The notes under the pieces are model-generated. The model saw only the letters and a list, made by a program, of their open reading frames with translations. It was not told where the DNA came from and searched no databases. Of a DNA stretch of 36,526 bases, positions 33,153-36,526 are shown piece after piece. This DNA is from Octopus bimaculoides (taxonomy: Eukaryota). The stretch spans positions 42,046,434 to 42,082,959 of the forward strand of contig NC_068988.1 in NCBI RefSeq assembly GCF_001194135.2, read 5' to 3'. Each line of letters opens with the position of its first letter. Within the stretch, counting starts at the first letter, position 1. The position numbers and the translations under genes are program-made.

Positions 33153-33153
<1 letters not shown>

Positions 33154-33208
<55 letters not shown>
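33154..33208. repeat. (GAT)n microsatellite
   Basis: Read directly. Confidence 0.95.
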
Positions 33209-33209
<1 letters not shown>

Positions 33210-34419
33210 ATGATCATGACGCCTTTCTTTATATAATATGATATATAATATTATATTATATATATTCGTACATTTATAGACATAATTTGAATATACAAAT
33301 ATAAAATATATAATATATATAATTCATAAATATATATATTATGTAATCTTTATATACTTATATTTATGTAATAAATCAATATATAATATAAATACATATA
33401 AGCGTGTAGTAAACACACACTCAAGTATATATATATATATATNNNNNNNNNNNNNNNNNNNNNNNNNNNNNNNNNNNNNNNNNNNNNNNNNNNNNNNNNN
33501 NNNNNNNNNNNNNNNNNNNNNNNNNNNNNNNNNNNNNNNNNNNNNNNNNNNNNNNNNNNNNNNNNNNNNNNNNNNNNNNNNNNNNNNNNNNNNNNNNNNN
33601 NNNNNNNNNNNNNNNNNNNNNNNNNNNNNNNNNNNNNNNNNNNNNNNNNNNNNNNNNNNNNNNNNNNNNNNNNNNNNNNNNNNNNNNNNNNNNNNNNNNN
33701 NNNNNNNNNNNNNNNNNNNNNNNNNNNNNNNNNNNNNNNNNNNNNNNNNNNNNNNNNNNNNNNNNNNNNNNNNNNNNNNNNNNNNNNNNNNNNNNNNNNN
33801 NNNNNNNNNNNNNNNNNNNNNNNNNNNNNNNNNNNNNNNNNNNNNNNNNNNNNNNNNNNNNNNNNNNNNNNNNNNNNNNNNNNNNNNNNNNNNNNNNNNN
33901 NNNNNNNNNNNNNNNNNNNNNNNNNNNNNNNNNNNNNNNNNNNNNNNNNNNNNNNNNNNNNNNNNNNNNNNNNNNNNNNNNNNNNNNNNNNNNNNNNNNN
34001 NNNNNNNNNNNNNNNNNNNNNNNNNNNNNNNNNNNNNNNNNNNNNNNNNNNNNNNNNNNNNNNNNNNNNNNNNNNNNCTTGCCCCAATCAAAAACAATTG
34101 CCTTACAGATGATATTAGACACTACATCTATCCCGCCACTCAAGCCTTCCAATCTCATCCACATTTCAGTAAATTTACTGTGATAGAACTCACCTCTCCA
34201 TTTCTCCCCTTCTGCTTCAGACATTTCTTGAATAAGATGACGAGGGCGTAGGAAAAAAAAAGCACCCGTTCTCAAACGTTTCATGCGTGTTTATTATACG
34301 ACCATTTTTGCCATAGTTACTTGACAGATGAAACGGCTTGTCGTTCCCTTCCAAGAGAAGGCGTCAGTTATCACAGGACCACACATTCCAGGGACAGGGT
34401 ATAGTTGATACTAAAACCT

Positions 34420-34500
34420 AACTGGTCCTTATTTTATCAACTTTTAGAGAATGATAAAATCGATTCGTGTGGAATTTTAATACAGAACATAACCGAATAT
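34420..34500 (-). mobile_element. Degenerate SINE (ATT family) central fragment
   Basis: AACTGGTCCTTATTTTATCAAC...AATCGATT...GGAATTTTAATACAGAAC is the reverse complement of the SINE core. Confidence 0.45.
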
Positions 34501-34723
34501 AAAGATCAGGCTTATAGGTACCCCACATATCTAACGTAAATTCCTTTCCATCTAAATACAATCATATCTATTGAGTTTGATTATAAATGTTATGAAAAAA
34601 GTTTTATAACGTACAGATCACAGTTTTACCTAATTAAACGGCACCTCACCTGTTTGCATCTTCTGATATAAAAACTTGTCCTTTTTCGTCTTTGGTTCAG
34701 ACATAGGTGTAGCTCGTGCAAAT

Positions 34724-34724
<1 letters not shown>

Positions 34725-34785
<61 letters not shown>
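34725..34785. repeat. (TAA)n microsatellite (tail side of minus-strand SINE)
   Basis: About 20 units. Confidence 0.96.
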
Positions 34786-34786
<1 letters not shown>

Positions 34787-34795
34787 GAATAGAAT

Positions 34796-35026
34796 GGTTT
34801 CAATTTTTGGCACAAGATCAATAATTTCAGGGGAGAGCATAAGTTGATTACATCGACTCAAGTGCTCAACTGGTACTCATTTAATTCCCGAAAGGATGAA
34901 AAATGAAAGTCATTTAATTGACCACGAAAGGATGACCTCGGCGGCATATGAAATCAGAACGTAAAGACGCGTGAAATGATAAGCATTTTGTCCACCGTGT
35001 TAACGATTCTGCCAGCTCGCCGCCTT
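34796..35026 (-). mobile_element. tRNA-derived SINE (ATT family), full length with internal rearrangement
   Basis: Plus strand ends ...TAACGATTCTGCCAGCTCGCCGCCTT, the reverse complement of the canonical head. The block CATTTAATT...CGAAAGGATGA is duplicated at 34878-34898 and 34911-34934. Confidence 0.9.
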
Positions 35027-35054
35027 GATGATGATGATGATAATAATAATAATG

Positions 35055-35086
<32 letters not shown>

Positions 35087-35087
35087 T
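35027..35087. repeat. (GAT)/(AAT)n array on the 5' side of the SINE
   Basis: Read directly. Confidence 0.95.
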
Positions 35088-35757
35088 TCTTTTATTTGCC
35101 ACAGTTGAATCATATGAGGGGGACATTACAGCTAACTTTTCTGGGGATTTATATAAAAAGATGAACGAAAAAGAGAGGAGATTGAAATATGATATGTTAT
35201 ATATATAATTCAAAATATGCAGACACACAGATATAGAGAGTTCTCCTCTTGATATAGAGAGTTCTCCAACTAAGACCCCCACAAATACAGGATCTCTCAG
35301 ACCAAAAGAGCACAAATCCTCGCCTATTAATAATAACCTAAGATATAAATTTTTTTATTATTTTTTATTTTTTCGTTCGCATCAAATAACAGGATATATT
35401 TAGCACACGCAAAAGCAATCACAAATTTTGATATATTTGGGAAAGAAATCTTCGCCTGTATTTTTTCTTTTTTTTTTTTCTAAAAACATTCCCAATTTCC
35501 TTTATTTATTTCTTCACTCCTCACTCATCACTTATAACACGAAATGACAATGCACTTATGATATGATAAAGAATATGATCACAAAGAATATCTTCCTACA
35601 ATATGATATGATTAAGCCGTTTGAAAATTATGAATACAGCGAGGAAGGCGTATTTGTGTCCCAGCTGTTGCCACTATATCCGATTAAAAGGGATTGTTTG
35701 CTGCTTATATTATTGTCTCATTATCGCTTCATGCAATGTAGTTTCTAAATTTGCTGC

Positions 35758-35808
<51 letters not shown>

Positions 35809-36222
35809 TATACGTATATACGTATATTTCAATTTATGCATAGCATGCATGTTGCAATGTATGAATTTGTGTTTGCGTGCATACATTGCATACACGTCCA
35901 CACATTCATACATAAATACTAGTGCACCCATTCATCCGCGTTCACAAATTCACAAATACACAGACACAAGCACACACATATACCGTCTGTGGATGTGTCT
36001 TTATATAAGCTTTTGTTTATTTTGCTCACAAATGAGAGAGAAATCAATACATGAAACAGAGTTTATAATTATATGTATATATATATATATATACGATTAT
36101 ATTCATACAATTATATACACACATATACATACATTCATGCATACATACATACATACATACATACATACATACATACATACACACTTACATATATTCATGA
36201 GTTTACGCGCGGATGTTTGTGA

Positions 36223-36337
36223 GTTTTATTAAAATAGTGATTCCGAGGAAATACGTTTCTTCTCTTACGAGTACATCACTGACTTATTCGGAATGGAAGC
36301 TAAATTCATTTTCTCGGATTCAACGTATTTATAAAAC
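36223..36337. repeat. Imperfect ~30-bp inverted repeat with ~55-bp spacer (old MITE-like)
   Basis: GTTTTATTAAAATAGTGATTCCGAGGAAAT (36223-36252) vs ATTTTCTCGGATTCAACGTATTTATAAAAC (36308-36337; reverse complement GTTTTATAAATACGTTGAATCCGAGAAAAT). Confidence 0.6.
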
Positions 36338-36526
36338 ATGTGCTCACTCAATATCAGTATTATGAGTACTTTAATCTAAACGGTTTTTCCCTGCTCAGTT
36401 AAGCTCAGGATTTATCTATACACTGTTCATTTCTGTCGGGCATTCTATAACACCACTACTTGTTCTCGATATTTTACTCATAGACATATATATTCATTGA
36501 GATATATATATATATATATATATATA

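Overview
AT-rich, microsatellite-dense eukaryotic DNA that reads as intronic or intergenic. The repeat families look like those of octopod cephalopods; this is an inference from recognised SINE/LINE sequences, not a database result. About 3.9 kb is assembly gap (N runs at 824-973, 5357-5963, 8910-8919, 10041-10344, 10764-10804, 18927-19588, 23910-24667, 27093-27102, 28546-29223, 31958-31967, 33443-34077). I cannot support any host protein-coding gene: nearly all long ORFs in the track are translations of microsatellites or Ns. The supported content is: (i) about 17 full or partial copies of a ~220-bp tRNA-derived SINE associated with (ATT)n, including a head-to-tail trimer; (ii) a 5'-truncated R4/Dong-clade LINE (RT plus restriction-like endonuclease, minus strand) inserted into the (ATT)n tail of one SINE, and a second diverged R4/Dong fragment; (iii) a CR1-like LINE 3' end and RTE-like 3' fragments; (iv) two ~150-200 bp elements carrying minimal type I hammerhead-ribozyme motifs of the Penelope-associated kind, both with non-canonical cores; (v) several long inverted repeats or MITE-like hairpins. 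The most interesting items are the hammerhead elements, the 136-bp near-perfect palindrome at 27321-27456, and the apparent cascade in which SINE tails seed (ATT)n that is then targeted by further insertions. I do not see convincing evidence of a wholly new multi-gene system.
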